The notes under the pieces are model-generated. The model had not been told where the DNA came from. It saw only the letters and a list, made by a program, of their open reading frames with translations, and ran no database searches. The position numbers and the translations under genes are program-made. A stretch of DNA of 64,000 nucleotides. Origin: Octopus bimaculoides (lineage: Eukaryota). Below, piece after piece: positions 51,756-64,000 of this stretch (within the stretch, counting starts at the first letter, position 1; each line of letters begins with the position of its first letter). The stretch covers positions 86,151,072-86,215,071 of the forward strand of contig NC_068985.1 in the NCBI RefSeq assembly GCF_001194135.2, in the 5' to 3' direction.

Positions 51756-51851
<96 letters not shown>

Positions 51852-52394
51852 TTTTGTTTATATGTAGGGAAGTAAATATGTGAGCTAGCATGATCTCCCC
51901 ACCCCCACCTTCACTTCCAAACCAATATAAAAATTACATTTCTATCAACAAACATTCCAGAGCTAACCTTATTTTTTTTACTATCTGCTATCATCGCCTT
52001 TTAATCAAAAGACATGTATCGTAACACTTCATTAACACCCACCCCCTCCCACACCGACACACCTAATCTCATCTCTAGCATAGAAAATTACCAAAGCTTC
52101 ACTTTATGAAATTAAGCTAGTTGATTCCGCCATAAGAGAATTTGAAAAACATCTGACCATTATATTTTTCACCAAATGTCAACTAACCAAATGGAACCAG
52201 CATTAGGGCACTTTCACAGGCCCTTCACAAAACACTCCTTAAACACTCTACCACCTCCAAATTCTACCCTCAATCAATTTTACCATTCTCTATTCTCTTT
52301 CAGCTCTTGTTCACCAACACTTTTTTTACTCCCACACTTATTGACAAACATTATGTCATTAGTTCTTCTCTTGTACTATGGTAAGTCAACCCCT

Positions 52395-53010
52395 GAGGGA
52401 ATGATAGGAGGAAGAATTCCAGAAGGATGACGTTACATGAAGGAAGGACTGGATACACTGATTAGTGTGGGGCCAGGGGATTTGGACACAGCAAGGCTGA
52501 TGGGAGGAGAGATGAATAGAACATGAATGCCTGAGTGGTGGTGGTGTGAGTGGAAGTTCATGAGTGGAGATGCATGAGTGGAAGTGCATGGCTGTAGCCA
52601 GCTATGGCGATAATGGTCATGGTACAAAAGACAGAAAGATGCAAGTGGACATGTATGGGTCAGAGCATGGAATGTGTCTGTTAGTAAATTTATACCAATA
52701 ATTCAGGTGACCTTTTGTTGGATGTGCTTTAGGATGTCTGTGTATGCAGCAGCAATATTCTATTGTGAACCTCAGCTGAACTTTGTAATGTCCCAGCAAC
52801 TGTTGCAGAATGAGTAAATATATTGAATAATATATGTATTTTGTTTTACTTATAAGTCCTGTTTTGGTGGGGATTTTCAGGTGATGGTAGTTAACAAGTG
52901 CAGCTCTAGTATTAACGTCTTTTACTGCAGTAATATGGCAACCCATTGCAAGCTTCTGGTTGGCTTCATCATGTTTATGGTCAATGTCAGTTAGGAGACT
53001 GTGTAAACCC
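52395..53010 (-). mobile_element. CR1/L2-Jockey-superfamily LINE C-terminal remnant
   Basis: LQQLLGHYKVQLRFTIEYCC / AAYTDILKHIQQKVT*IIGINLLTDTFHALTH..LASFCLLY / PHTNQCIQSFLHVTSSFWNS, compared with LL.LYKAQ.RP.MEYC, LDR.Q.RA..LI and SF..RTS.LWNSLP. Confidence 0.7.
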
Positions 53011-53441
53011 AATGAATCAGTCTGATGCTTTTAGGTTTCTATGGTGATTATTCTAATAAAACTTACTTTCATGACAGCAGTTCTACATTAACTCAGTTTT
53101 CTTCTTTAGAGTTCCTGTGATTTTAATATTTCAAACTGTTTCCTAAGAGATTGCAGAAGGTTTTTGCAATGGAATATGTTGTACCATGAAGATGCATAAT
53201 TTTTAGTCTCTCTAAATATCTTGAGAGTGAGAGCGAGAGCTATGGCATTCTCTTTACTTGTGGATGTGTGATTCGTTTAATGACATTTACAGATCCTGTC
53301 TATATGTCAGTTATTTACAATTTAGAAAATACTACCCATCACTATTTCAGTTGCATGTCAACTTGGACATAAATGTTTTAAAGTTAATTTTCAGTGCATG
53401 GTTGCTAGCTGTATGTCGATTAACACACACACACACACACA

Positions 53442-53475
<34 letters not shown>

Positions 53476-53724
53476 AACACTAATCCTCATCACCATCATC
53501 AACATTTAACATCTGTTTTTCATGCTGGCATGGGTTAAATTGACTGAAGCTGACAAGGCCAGGAGCCACACCAAAGTTTCATTATCCGTTTTGGTATGGT
53601 TTCTATTATACAACTGGATGCCCTTCCTAATACCAGTAGCTTTACAGAGTGTACTGGATGCTTTTTATGTGGCACCAGGAGTGTAATTATTGTGAGATGT
53701 CAAGACAAGGAAACACAAACACAT

Positions 53725-53885
53725 AAAGGGCTTCTTTCAGTTTCTGTCAACCAAATTCACTCGCAAAGCTGTCTTTATTTAGCGTTACATGGTAGAACAT
53801 AATTGGTAAAAGTGCTGCCCTGTGGGATTGAACCTGGAACCACAAGATTAGGATGCAAACTTCTTAACCACATAGTGTCATGCCA
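53725..53885 (-). mobile_element. SINE family A head fragment
   Basis: gggcttctttcagtttctgtcaaccaaattcactc...gtgggattgaacctggaaccac...cttcttaaccacatag. Confidence 0.7.
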
Positions 53886-53914
53886 GCATGTACACACACA
53901 CACACATACACGCG

Positions 53915-54026
<112 letters not shown>

Positions 54027-54294
54027 CAGAGAGAGAACTGGATTGGTGAACATGTGTGTCTATAAAGAAAGGAAAACTACTTGATACATAAAGCAGGGTT
54101 TGTACATTTTATTTTTTCTTTCTGAATTTCAAGTTGTGGCTTATTTAAATAATTACAAAAAAGAAGCCCTGAATTGAGATAAAAGCAAACATGGATGTAA
54201 ACTCTTTGAAATATGATTAATCATCAAAGTTTGATGAGTTGCCAATAACTGTGGGGAAACAACAAAGTTTCTGTCACTCTGTTGTTTATGACAA

Positions 54295-54575
54295 CAAGTG
54301 TTCCGGTTGATTGGGTCAATGGAACTGTCTGCTCCTGAAATTATTGACAGAGCAGTTCACAGACATATGCACCCTTTACATAGTTGTCAGGGAGATTTAG
54401 CATGACACAGAGTGACAAGGTCAGCCCCTTTGAATTACAGGTACTACTCATTTTTGCCGGCTGAGTTGGCTGGAGCAATGTCAAAGTGTCTTGCATAAGG
54501 ACCCAATGTGCTTCTGGGTTTCAAAATCATAACCTTGTCATCATGAGCTGAATTCCCTAACCACCCAGCCACACA
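54295..54575 (-). mobile_element. SINE family E
   Basis: Reverse complement of the 1815-2130 type sequence (gcatgacacagagtgacaagg...ctcatttttgccggctgagttggctggagcaatgtcaaagtgtcttgc). Confidence 0.75.
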
Positions 54576-55252
54576 CCTCCACTAAACTACAAACTTATTT
54601 ATTCAGTTGCACTACAAAGTAAACATGATACAAGCATCTGTTTCCATGGTAATATTTTTTCATATTTTCATTTCTTCCATTTGTCATTTGTTAAAAATAG
54701 AAAAAGGGCAGGGAAGGTGAGCATTATTAGTAAAGTTTTACCTGAGATTAATAACTGAGATTAATAACTGATTGGTTACTTTTAGGGATTAACAGATTCA
54801 TTTTTAAAACAGATTTATTCAAGCCTATTTTAGCAAATAGATATTGATGGCAGTGTCTGTTAATAATCAGCAATTCTGAACCTTTTGTTTAGAAATGTTG
54901 ACAGTTATAAAAGGATGTTAGATAAAGATTATACCTTCCAGAGCTATTCATGCAAGGAAGCATATTCTATCATAGACCAAACGATTCTCTAACTCTTAAT
55001 ATTATCATCCTTTAATCTTGTGATATAGTTGCATTGTGAGGTAGTGAGTTGCCTTTGTGAATGTATACATATGTTGCGAGAATCTTCATTTGAAATGATT
55101 TTCAGTAAGCCCTACGGGCAAAAGAAATTTGAGTGTGAGTACACACACACATCATATATAATAATATAAAATCAGTGGTTTTGAGAGTTGAATACATATT
55201 TTTATTTATGTAGCCAACTGATTTCCATAGGATTACAGCCATAACATATACA

Positions 55253-55291
<39 letters not shown>

Positions 55292-56623
55292 CATCATTTA
55301 TATGTATATATTTGTGTGTGTGTGTATGCACATGTATGTATATATGCATGTGTATGTGTGTGTGCATATATATATATTTACATGTATGTATGTATATATG
55401 TATATGCCTGATGGTGATGGACATGTTGACAGTGACAATGTTTCTGCTTTAAATAAACTTAGAAACGAAAAAGGGAACCAAAACCATAAAGTGGTTTATT
55501 CAGAAATATATTTTGGTGAGATAGAGGAAATTTAAACGTAGTTAATCAATTTTGAACATAGATTTATCATTGTGAGATAAGAAAACAAAAACAGCAAAAA
55601 AAAAAAAAAAGAAAACTAAGAGTGACGAGGAGATATATTTTTGTGCAATTTAATATATTATGTTATTACTTGGAGGAGACAGAATATCTCATGTGTAACA
55701 GATAAAAATTTTATCATATTCACTCTTGATTTTTCATTTTTATTTTGTTTTATGCTAAGTTATATATAAAGTATATACATACATAAGTGTGTGTGTGTAT
55801 GTGTCTGTATTTTAACACCATTACATCACATACACACACACTCATATGTAATATTGAGTAGACGAACACAATTATTGTATAGTTATTTTCAAACACATAC
55901 TCATGTATATATGTATGTATATGAATATCTATATACAATATACATAAAAATATACACTGTTATACATGACTGTTGTGTGTGTATGTGAGTGTCTGTGTAT
56001 GTAGCTATACACCTAGAATATTGTTTAAATACAGATTCACATATACATATTTTATCGCCATTTACATACACAATATTACAGTAGCTGTGCATAAGTATAT
56101 ATGTACTTATTTAAACAGCACACACACATATATATACATTCATATTTAAATAACTTTACGATAAAAATGAAATTTATACATATATATAATTATACACACA
56201 CACACACACATATATACATCTCTACGATGTTTGTATGTGTGTGTGAGTGGAGATGTCTTTTAATTGTCAATATATAAGGGAAGGATATAATGAAAAAACA
56301 ATATAAAGTGGTTGTTCTCTTTTTGTCTTCTTTTACTTTTCATTTTCTTTATCTCTCTCCGCACTTAGACTTTCAAAAAAATTATGCAAATATTCACTGT
56401 GATCAATCCTATCTTAATCATCAATTAATTCAATGTTTATATATACCATCTCTCTATGTCTCTCTCCCTCTCTCTCTCACTCTTGCGTTCATTTTTTTTC
56501 TGTCACACATACACAACTCTCACACATTGTATAAATTGGTTTTGGCATGAAACTTGAGTAATGGAGGTGTGAAATTTTAAATTTTAGCATATTAATTTCT
56601 CTCTTTCCCTTGTGAGTCTGTGT

Positions 56624-56676
<53 letters not shown>

Positions 56677-56741
56677 NNNNNNNNNNNNNNNNNNNNNNNN
56701 NNNNNNNNNNNNNNNNNNNNNNNNNNNNNNNNNNNNNNNNN

Positions 56742-56789
<48 letters not shown>

Positions 56790-57682
56790 GTGTGTGTGTG
56801 GGTGTGTGTGTGTGTGTGTGTATCTATCCAATCATCTATTTATCTATGCATGCATATACACACACACAGACTGGCACAAACATATACATTTATTTATAAA
56901 CACACACACCTTGGTTAGCATGACATTTAAGAAATGAAGTTGATATTTCAAATTGTAAACACATAGCCACCTATACACTCACTACTCCATATCATGTGAA
57001 TGTTTGTGTATGTTTGTGTGTGTGTATGAAAGAGAGAGAGAAAAAGAGAGAGTGAGAAAGAGTGAGGGAGGGAGTGAATGGGAAGAGAAGGAAAGAAAGA
57101 ACATACAAATTCTAAGCAATTCTATTTCGAAAGAATAAAAGAGAAAATAGTGTTTGTAATGTCCAATAGTAGATTTCTGTCTGGCTGATTGCAATGGCAT
57201 TTTATTAATTATGCATCTTATGGTTTGGGATTCAGCAGGTTGCCAAAATCAGGCCAGAATATAGCTTTGGTTTCTAAACATAATTATATGAGAGATGAAT
57301 TCCACCCCTGGATGGGATAATAGTCTCCCAGGAATAACCATAAATTCTGCAATCACTTGTTGATCATGATAGTTGTGTGAACTGAGCCAGACAAAATGTC
57401 AGTCCCAGGAGGAGCACAACAAAACATGTGTAGTGGATTTGAACTCATATTTTGTCAGATGATAAAGTCATCTATTCATCCTCAGATTCCTGTCTCTTTA
57501 CTGAAAAATTATTGAAACACTTTCAAATACTGCAAAGAACACAAGATTATCGACATTATTCCATACTCTCGTCCACACTTTATTCTACTCTTAGACGGGT
57601 GTTTTCTCTCAAAGGCTTCACAGACAATATGATCTTCAAGAAAAAGCAACAACAAAGCCCTGTATTTTATATCTTCACTCTG

Positions 57683-57949
57683 TATGTGCCTATAATAATT
57701 GGTGTGTTGGGAACAGTAAACGAAGACCTAGACAAATGGCTGAAGGGGATTGGAGTAGAATACCCTGTAGAGCTTCTACTGAAAGTTTATCTCTAAGGAA
57801 CAGCAAAGATTATCAGGAGGGTTTTAAGCACTTCAAAGGCTGCCGAAAACTTGTGGATTTCTAAGGTTACATCATCCTTAGTATGATATTACTTCCAATC
57901 AGTTAAGATGAGAAGCCATGAGAGCCACTGCCTGGTACTGCATCAGGAC

Positions 57950-58003
<54 letters not shown>
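57683..58003 (+). mobile_element. R4/Dong-like RLE 3' end with 3' UTR and (TTA)n tail
   Basis: VPIIIGVLGTVNEDLDKWLKGIGVEYPVELLLKVYL*GTAKIIRRVLST matches VPI.VGALGTV.K.L.KW...IG......LQK..LLGTARI.R.VL. Confidence 0.85.
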
Positions 58004-58004
58004 C

Positions 58005-58215
58005 ATTTCTGATTTCAGCTGAAAGCTAACAGCTTTGAGGGAATGAGAAAGAGTCAGTTGATATCATCGATCTCAGTACTTGATTGTCTCTTTATTTCAC
58101 CGACCCTGAGAGAATGAAAAGGCAAAGTTGACATTGATGGGATTTGAACTTAGTCTGTGAAGATCCAGAAGAAATAGTAGAAAGCATTTTTGATTGGCAC
58201 TCTAACGATTCTACC
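58005..58215 (-). mobile_element. SINE family C
   Basis: cagtacttgattgtctctttattt...ccctgagagaatgaaaaggcaaagttgac...ggatttgaactt. Confidence 0.7.
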
Positions 58216-58652
58216 CTAACCATCTTGCCCAACTCTAGAACTATGCTTGAGGTTTGAATTCATACAAACCTATCTACCATGCTGTCTGTTTGTACTGCAG
58301 ACAAACAAACAAACAAACCAACAAACAATACGTAACGATGACAATATCATGAGACATCACATCATCACTGGCAACTTCAACTTTCCATTTGGTGCTCATT
58401 TATATGACATAACTTAATTGCTATCTGGTTGCCAGCTGTTGCTAAGTTGCTGCTGTTGATGTTGTTTTAAACAAATCTCATGTGGTTGAATAGACAATGA
58501 GTGTGATATCTCTGTGTGTGAGTAGTAGTAGTAGTAGTAGTAGTAGTGGTTGTGGTGGTAGCAGTAGATGAAATTGCTGGGAAGATGAAACAGCTTTATG
58601 AAATGTGTGAAAAATCTCAGTGTAATCAAGATGAAGATGTGTGATGTAAATG

Positions 58653-58723
<71 letters not shown>

Positions 58724-59395
58724 CGCGCGTGCGTGTGTGTGTGTGTGCATGAGAAGCACAAACACATCTGGAGTCTTATAAAGACTGTACTATTGTGTTA
58801 TGTATGTAAACATGGAAAAGTCAGGCCCTGCAGGAGAACGTGTTCTCTCAGTACGTCAATGTTATCTCGCAAGAACTGCCACACTGAAAATTACCAATCA
58901 CTTGGTACACTGGCAGAGAAAAGCTAAAGCTTTCAAAGAAGTTTGCAATGCAAGAATATGTAAGCAGAAAATAATTGGAAAATTGATGCAGATAGGTTCA
59001 ATTCCACTGCACAGCACCTTGGGCTAATGCCTTCTTCCATAGTCGTGAATTTATCAATATTTGGTGAATGAAATTCAAATGAAGATAATTGTGTGGAGCT
59101 CACTGTGTGTGTGTGTGTGTGTGTGTGTTTATATATATATATTTATATATATATATCATCATCACCACCAGTGTATATTTATGTATGTGCATGTATAAAT
59201 ATACATATATATTTATAAATATATATATATATTTATGTATGTGCATATATAAATATATATAAATATACATATGTATACACACACATAATACATATATATA
59301 TTTATACATATATACATACATATGTGTAAATATACATACACATGAGAGAAGTTGAAAATGCACTGAGATTCATTTCAATATTTTATTTAAAAAAT

Positions 59396-59499
59396 TTTAA
59401 ACACTTAACTGGTTTCACTGATTCCTCTGATTATTAAAGGTTGAACTGGAAAGACTTTTGAAAATCAAAGAAATCTGTGAAAGTAGTTAAGTCTTTAAA
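59396..59499. repeat. Imperfect 37-bp inverted repeat with 30-nt spacer
   Basis: The arms 59396-59432 and 59463-59499 match at 31/37 positions when reverse-complemented. Confidence 0.8.
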
Positions 59500-59598
59500 A
59501 ATAAAAAGATTTAAAAATATAAGCAAATCCCTGTGCATTTTCAACTTCTTTTTTCTATATTTTTACCCATCTAGGATAAAATAACTGTTTCATATATA

Positions 59599-59642
<44 letters not shown>

Positions 59643-59794
59643 CATACTGTTGCTTTTATATACACATATTCATAATACACACACACATATATAGTTATAA
59701 AAGCAGTCTGGAGTTATGAGAGATGAGAGGTGAATATATATGTTACTATATGAAAGTGTAAATTATAATAAAGAATCTTGAAAAAACGAATTTG

Positions 59795-60261
59795 GTTTCA
59801 CCCCAACCAATCAAATTTATAAGAAATCTGAGCAAAATATCCAAAATAATCTCTGTAATTGTTCAAAACAAAACTCATGTTCAGTCAATAATAAATGCAA
59901 AACAAAAAATGTATTATATAGATGTAAAGATACATCGGAGGGAACTGAATACTTTTACATTGGTGCAACTTCCCTTATTTTCAAAAAGAAGACTGGAATT
60001 TTTATCTTTGTCTCTAAATGAATTCAAATGATTGGTCAAACAAGTCTAAGTAAATTAATCTGGTCTATTAAAGATAGAAGTAAGGACAATGCTATCAACT
60101 GGGAATTAATTAGTACTGCTAAACATTAAACACCAGGGACAAATAAATGTGACCTATGCATAGAAGAATTTTACCAAATTTTTACATCAGAGTATGATGT
60201 AAATTCTAGACAAGGACAAGTTTTAAGATGTTTGCATATGAAAACATGGACCTTTAAATAA
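59795..60261 (+). mobile_element. Penelope-like element GIY-YIG endonuclease remnant (Neptune type)
   Basis: One frame with two internal stops: LCNCSKQNSCSVNNKCKTKNVLYRC...EYFYIGATSLIFKKK...TSLSKLIWSIKD...INWELISTAKH*TPGTNKCDLCIEEFYQI...NSRQGQVLRCLHMKTW. It matches the CNC..K..CP..G.C....VY....YIG.T...FK.R....T.LSK.IW.LK.....W.I..A......C.LC..E....LN.R.E...C.H pattern. Confidence 0.85.
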
Positions 60262-60439
60262 TATGAATAAGTTATAAATAATCAAACAACCATTATATAT
60301 TACATCAAACAAAATATTTTGAAATAACTGACTCTATGAAACAAACTAGTGATTATCCAATCAATACTTAGAATTCAAAATGAAGTTCACATTGGAATTA
60401 ACATTCAACACCACTTCATCATACTCCTTATTATATATA

Positions 60440-60645
60440 TCCCAGGGCTATAGTAGAAGACTGTTGCTCAAGGTGTCACACAATGAGACTGAACCCCAAA
60501 ACCTCATAGCTGGGAAACAAGCTTTTGACCAAACAGTCACACCAGAAGCTTTATTAAAAAGGCCTTACCCAAGACGTTACATCCTGAGATTGAACCCATG
60601 ACTTCCTTATTGCAAAGCGACTTTCTTTACCACTTGGCCAAGCCT
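60440..60645 (-). mobile_element. Two tandem SINE family A head fragments
   Basis: gggctatagtagaagactgttgctcaaggtgtcac...gactgaacccc followed by ccttacccaagacgttac...gattgaacccatgac. Confidence 0.65.
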
Positions 60646-61915
60646 GCTGTCCATTAGTGAGGAATATTATTGCATGTAACTTGTTACATAGTAGCACGAC
60701 TTAGATGACAATGTGTAGAGAAATCATAAGACTTTTGAAGTGAATATGTTTATACAGCTTTGGTAACTGGATACTATGGAAAACAGATGAATATATTAAC
60801 ACATTGTAGCTGCATATATTTACTGAATTCTAACGCAACTGGCTCTGGCTACATATTATTCATGATTCACTAAGATAGCAGTGATTATCAATTAGGCGAA
60901 TGGACTAAAAGTTGTCAGCGAAATGGAAAGCTGAGTTACATGGGGAATACTGTTTCAACATGTTGGACCAAGAACCATTCCTAACCAAACCAGATGTAAT
61001 AAAACACAGAAGCAATACCAATGTACTCTGCGCTTGCTAAGTTTCAATTTCAACAGTTGAAAGTTAATTAAAATTCAAGATAATTAACAAGTAATTTGAG
61101 ATTTAAGTTAATTAAGATTAAAATAATGAAAATAAATAAAGTAAACCACAAAATAGAAGAAAAAACTAAGAATTCAGAATAAAAGTGATAATTTTTAATT
61201 CATTTCTAAAGTTAAAAAAATGTCCTCAGTGTTGGTGCAAGCCAATTGCTATTATTAGCTCTGATGTCTAATGTAGAAAGTCTGGATTTTTGTCTTATCA
61301 GAACAGTTACATTGTTGAGCTAATAACATTTGAGTTGATTGTCATCAATCACAAAACCAATATTGGTTATAGATGTCAGGTCTCGTCAGTTGAGCTGAGC
61401 ACCATATATTACTGGTATGTTATACAAATTGAGGCAAAACTCACCTTACATTTTAAAGCTTAAATGAGATTCCTTTCTTTCTTTTAGGGATATTTAATTA
61501 AAAAAAACTGGGAGTTTGTTTTTAATTTTTCTTTCATTGTTAAGCATGGAGAAGGACACGACCAAATATAATTTCTGTGCTATCCTGTGTTTGAGTTACA
61601 ACTAAGAAGTTTAGTGTGAGAAAGAGGACCTTCTGTAAAAACAGTCAGCCCCTTGGAAAAATGAAATATAAAAAAATGATGATTACATATGTCCTATTGT
61701 CATTTTAAATCTATCTTCCATGCTAGCAGGATTGATCACATGGCAGCAGCATGCTTCAATATCTACTTTAGCATGGTTTCTATGCCTGGCTGCCTTTCCC
61801 TTATACTAGCCATTTACAGAGGGCACTGGGTGCATTTTGCAAGGAGACAATACTATACATACGTACATACATGCATACATACACACACACACACAATATA
61901 TATACCTGTGTGTGA

Positions 61916-61960
<45 letters not shown>

Positions 61961-61969
61961 TACACACAC

Positions 61970-62325
61970 AAGAAGTTTACTTCCCTACCACATGGTTCTA
62001 GGTTCAGTCCTGAGTGTGTGTGGAACCTTGAGCAAGTGTCTTTTACTATAGCCCTAGGTTGATCAAAGCCATGTGAGTGGATTTGGTAGATGGAAACTGA
62101 AAGAAGCCTTTCATGGATGTGAGTATGAGTTTGTGTCTGTCTCCTATCACCACTTGACAACTGGTGTTGGTGTATTTACATCCCAGTGACTTAACAGTTT
62201 GTCATGAGAGATCAATAGAATAAGTACCAGGCTTTAAAACAATACTGCTTTCGATTTGTTTGACTAAAGTTCTTCATTTAGTGCTCCAGCATGGTCACAG
62301 ACTAACAACTGAAACATGCAAAAGA
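61970..62325 (+). mobile_element. SINE family A, near full length
   Basis: ccacatggttctaGGTTCAGTCC...ccttgagcaagtgtcttttactatagcc...gatttggtagatggaaactgaaagaagcc...gtgctccagcatggtcacagac. Confidence 0.8.
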
Positions 62326-62479
62326 TAAAGGTAGATAGGTACAAGGCCACGACATCTGGTTCATTAGATCTTCTCTTTTCTCCAGTGCATTACAGGGACA
62401 ATATCTTATCAACCCCAGAAAGATCAAAGGCAAAGCTGATCCTGGCAGCACTTGAACCTAAAAAGCAGAGAGACATAAC

Positions 62480-62670
62480 TAAGTATTGCTTTCAAATTAT
62501 GGTAGAAGGCCAGCAATTATGAGGGGTGGGGGGTAAGCTGATTTATTTTATCGACCCCTGAAGAATGAAAGGTGAAGTCAACCTCAGCAGAATTTGAACT
62601 CCCAATGTAAAGACAGATGAAATGCTGCTGAGCCTTCTGCTTGGCATCTTAACAATTCTGCCAGCTTGCT
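62480..62670 (-). mobile_element. SINE family C
   Basis: gaagaatgaaaggtgaagtcaacctcagcagaatttgaactccc...aattctgccagcttgct. Confidence 0.75.
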
Positions 62671-62747
62671 ATCTTGACATGAAATTTTAAAAACTATTTT
62701 GTCTGACACTTCACAACCAATCTGCTGATTCACCAAACTTCTGGTGG

Positions 62748-62793
<46 letters not shown>

Positions 62794-62977
62794 ATTTTGA
62801 AATGCAATGTGATGAAGTTAAAAAAGGTTTCCTCAGATTCGAAACCTAATTTCTATGCTACTGACAAGAGACTCCACTAAAGGCAAGCAAGGATCAGGTG
62901 GTGGTGTTAAACAGTGGGACGGACTAAGTCTACTGTTAAAAGGGAAAGGAGCAAACACAGTCACAATTCAAGTGTTG

Positions 62978-63025
<48 letters not shown>

Positions 63026-63229
63026 CCAAAGAACCATTTACAACAATGAGGACAACAAAAATAACAGCAACAACAAGAACAAGAGTCGTAGTGGTGGCGG
63101 TGGTGGTGGTAATACATCACACACATAAATGTGATCTTTATCAGAAAACAAGAAAAAGTCATCCACTACACCAAACAACCAAGAAACCATCCAAGCAAGC
63201 AAGCAAATTAAATGAGAAAGAGATAGACA

Positions 63230-63287
<58 letters not shown>

Positions 63288-63950
63288 CAACAATACAAAA
63301 CTCAACACTAAATACCCCCCCCACCACCACCACCACAACAAACAAAAACCAAACAACTATACAAGACTCACAAATAAACAGAAACACAAAGAGAAGGCAA
63401 TAATATAAGTATACAGCAAGAGAGAGAGAGAACAAGAAACACAACAACAACAACAACAGCCACTACAACATCAACAATAACAGCAGCGCACCTTACACAA
63501 GAATTCAATGGTAATAAATATTTGTTGTAGGAAGATGAAAGATATTCGGTGCCGTTGTGTTTTCTATTTTAAGAGATTAGTATACAGGGTTATTCATATT
63601 AAAGATACTCAACTGTTTGGATGACTTTAAAACACAAACATTGGATTTTGTTGAAAGACAAATCGAAGAAAACATTAATAAATATTGTATGAAGTTGAAG
63701 TTGAGCGAACATTTCTATATGTTTTACTGTTTATTTGGCTGTGTGTGTGCATGTATGTGTGTATTTGATACTATATGTTGAGTACTCTTTTTCCTGTTTA
63801 TACATCCAGATAATATATACATATTCATACACATAAGCGTACATGCATATGCATACATATGTGTATGCATATTTGTGTGTGCATATATATATGAATATAT
63901 ATGTGTGTGTGTGTGTATATATATATATACATGTGTGTGTGTATATATAT

Positions 63951-63996
<46 letters not shown>

Positions 63997-64000
63997 ATAT

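Overview
AT-rich, microsatellite-saturated eukaryotic genomic DNA with 14 N-gaps, almost all flanked by simple repeats. The repeat make-up most resembles an octopod cephalopod (Octopus-like) short-read scaffold; this is pattern recognition, not a database result. I find no intact protein-coding gene, rRNA, true tRNA or CRISPR array, and nearly all ORF-track entries are translations of microsatellites or N-gaps. Manual translation shows a graveyard of mobile elements. These are a HERO-clade RLE retrotransposon 3' remnant (8.55-9.41 kb), several R4/Dong-like RLE remnants (31.0, 34.5-36.5, 44.6-46.1, 57.7 kb), two RTE LINEs (one with a twin-priming-like inversion, one young and gap-interrupted), CR1/Jockey-like remnants, two different Penelope-like GIY-YIG endonuclease remnants (51.1 and 59.8 kb), a mariner fold-back derivative (19.66-20.56 kb) and many copies of at least four tRNA-derived SINE or LINE-tail families. 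The most interesting signal is a set of dispersed, partly decayed type-I hammerhead-ribozyme-like motifs in several short repeat families, consistent with non-autonomous Penelope/retrozyme-like elements. One 20-nt minus-strand micro-exon candidate with near-consensus splice sites hints that the window may lie in introns of a long gene. All protein and RNA-fold assignments were made by eye.
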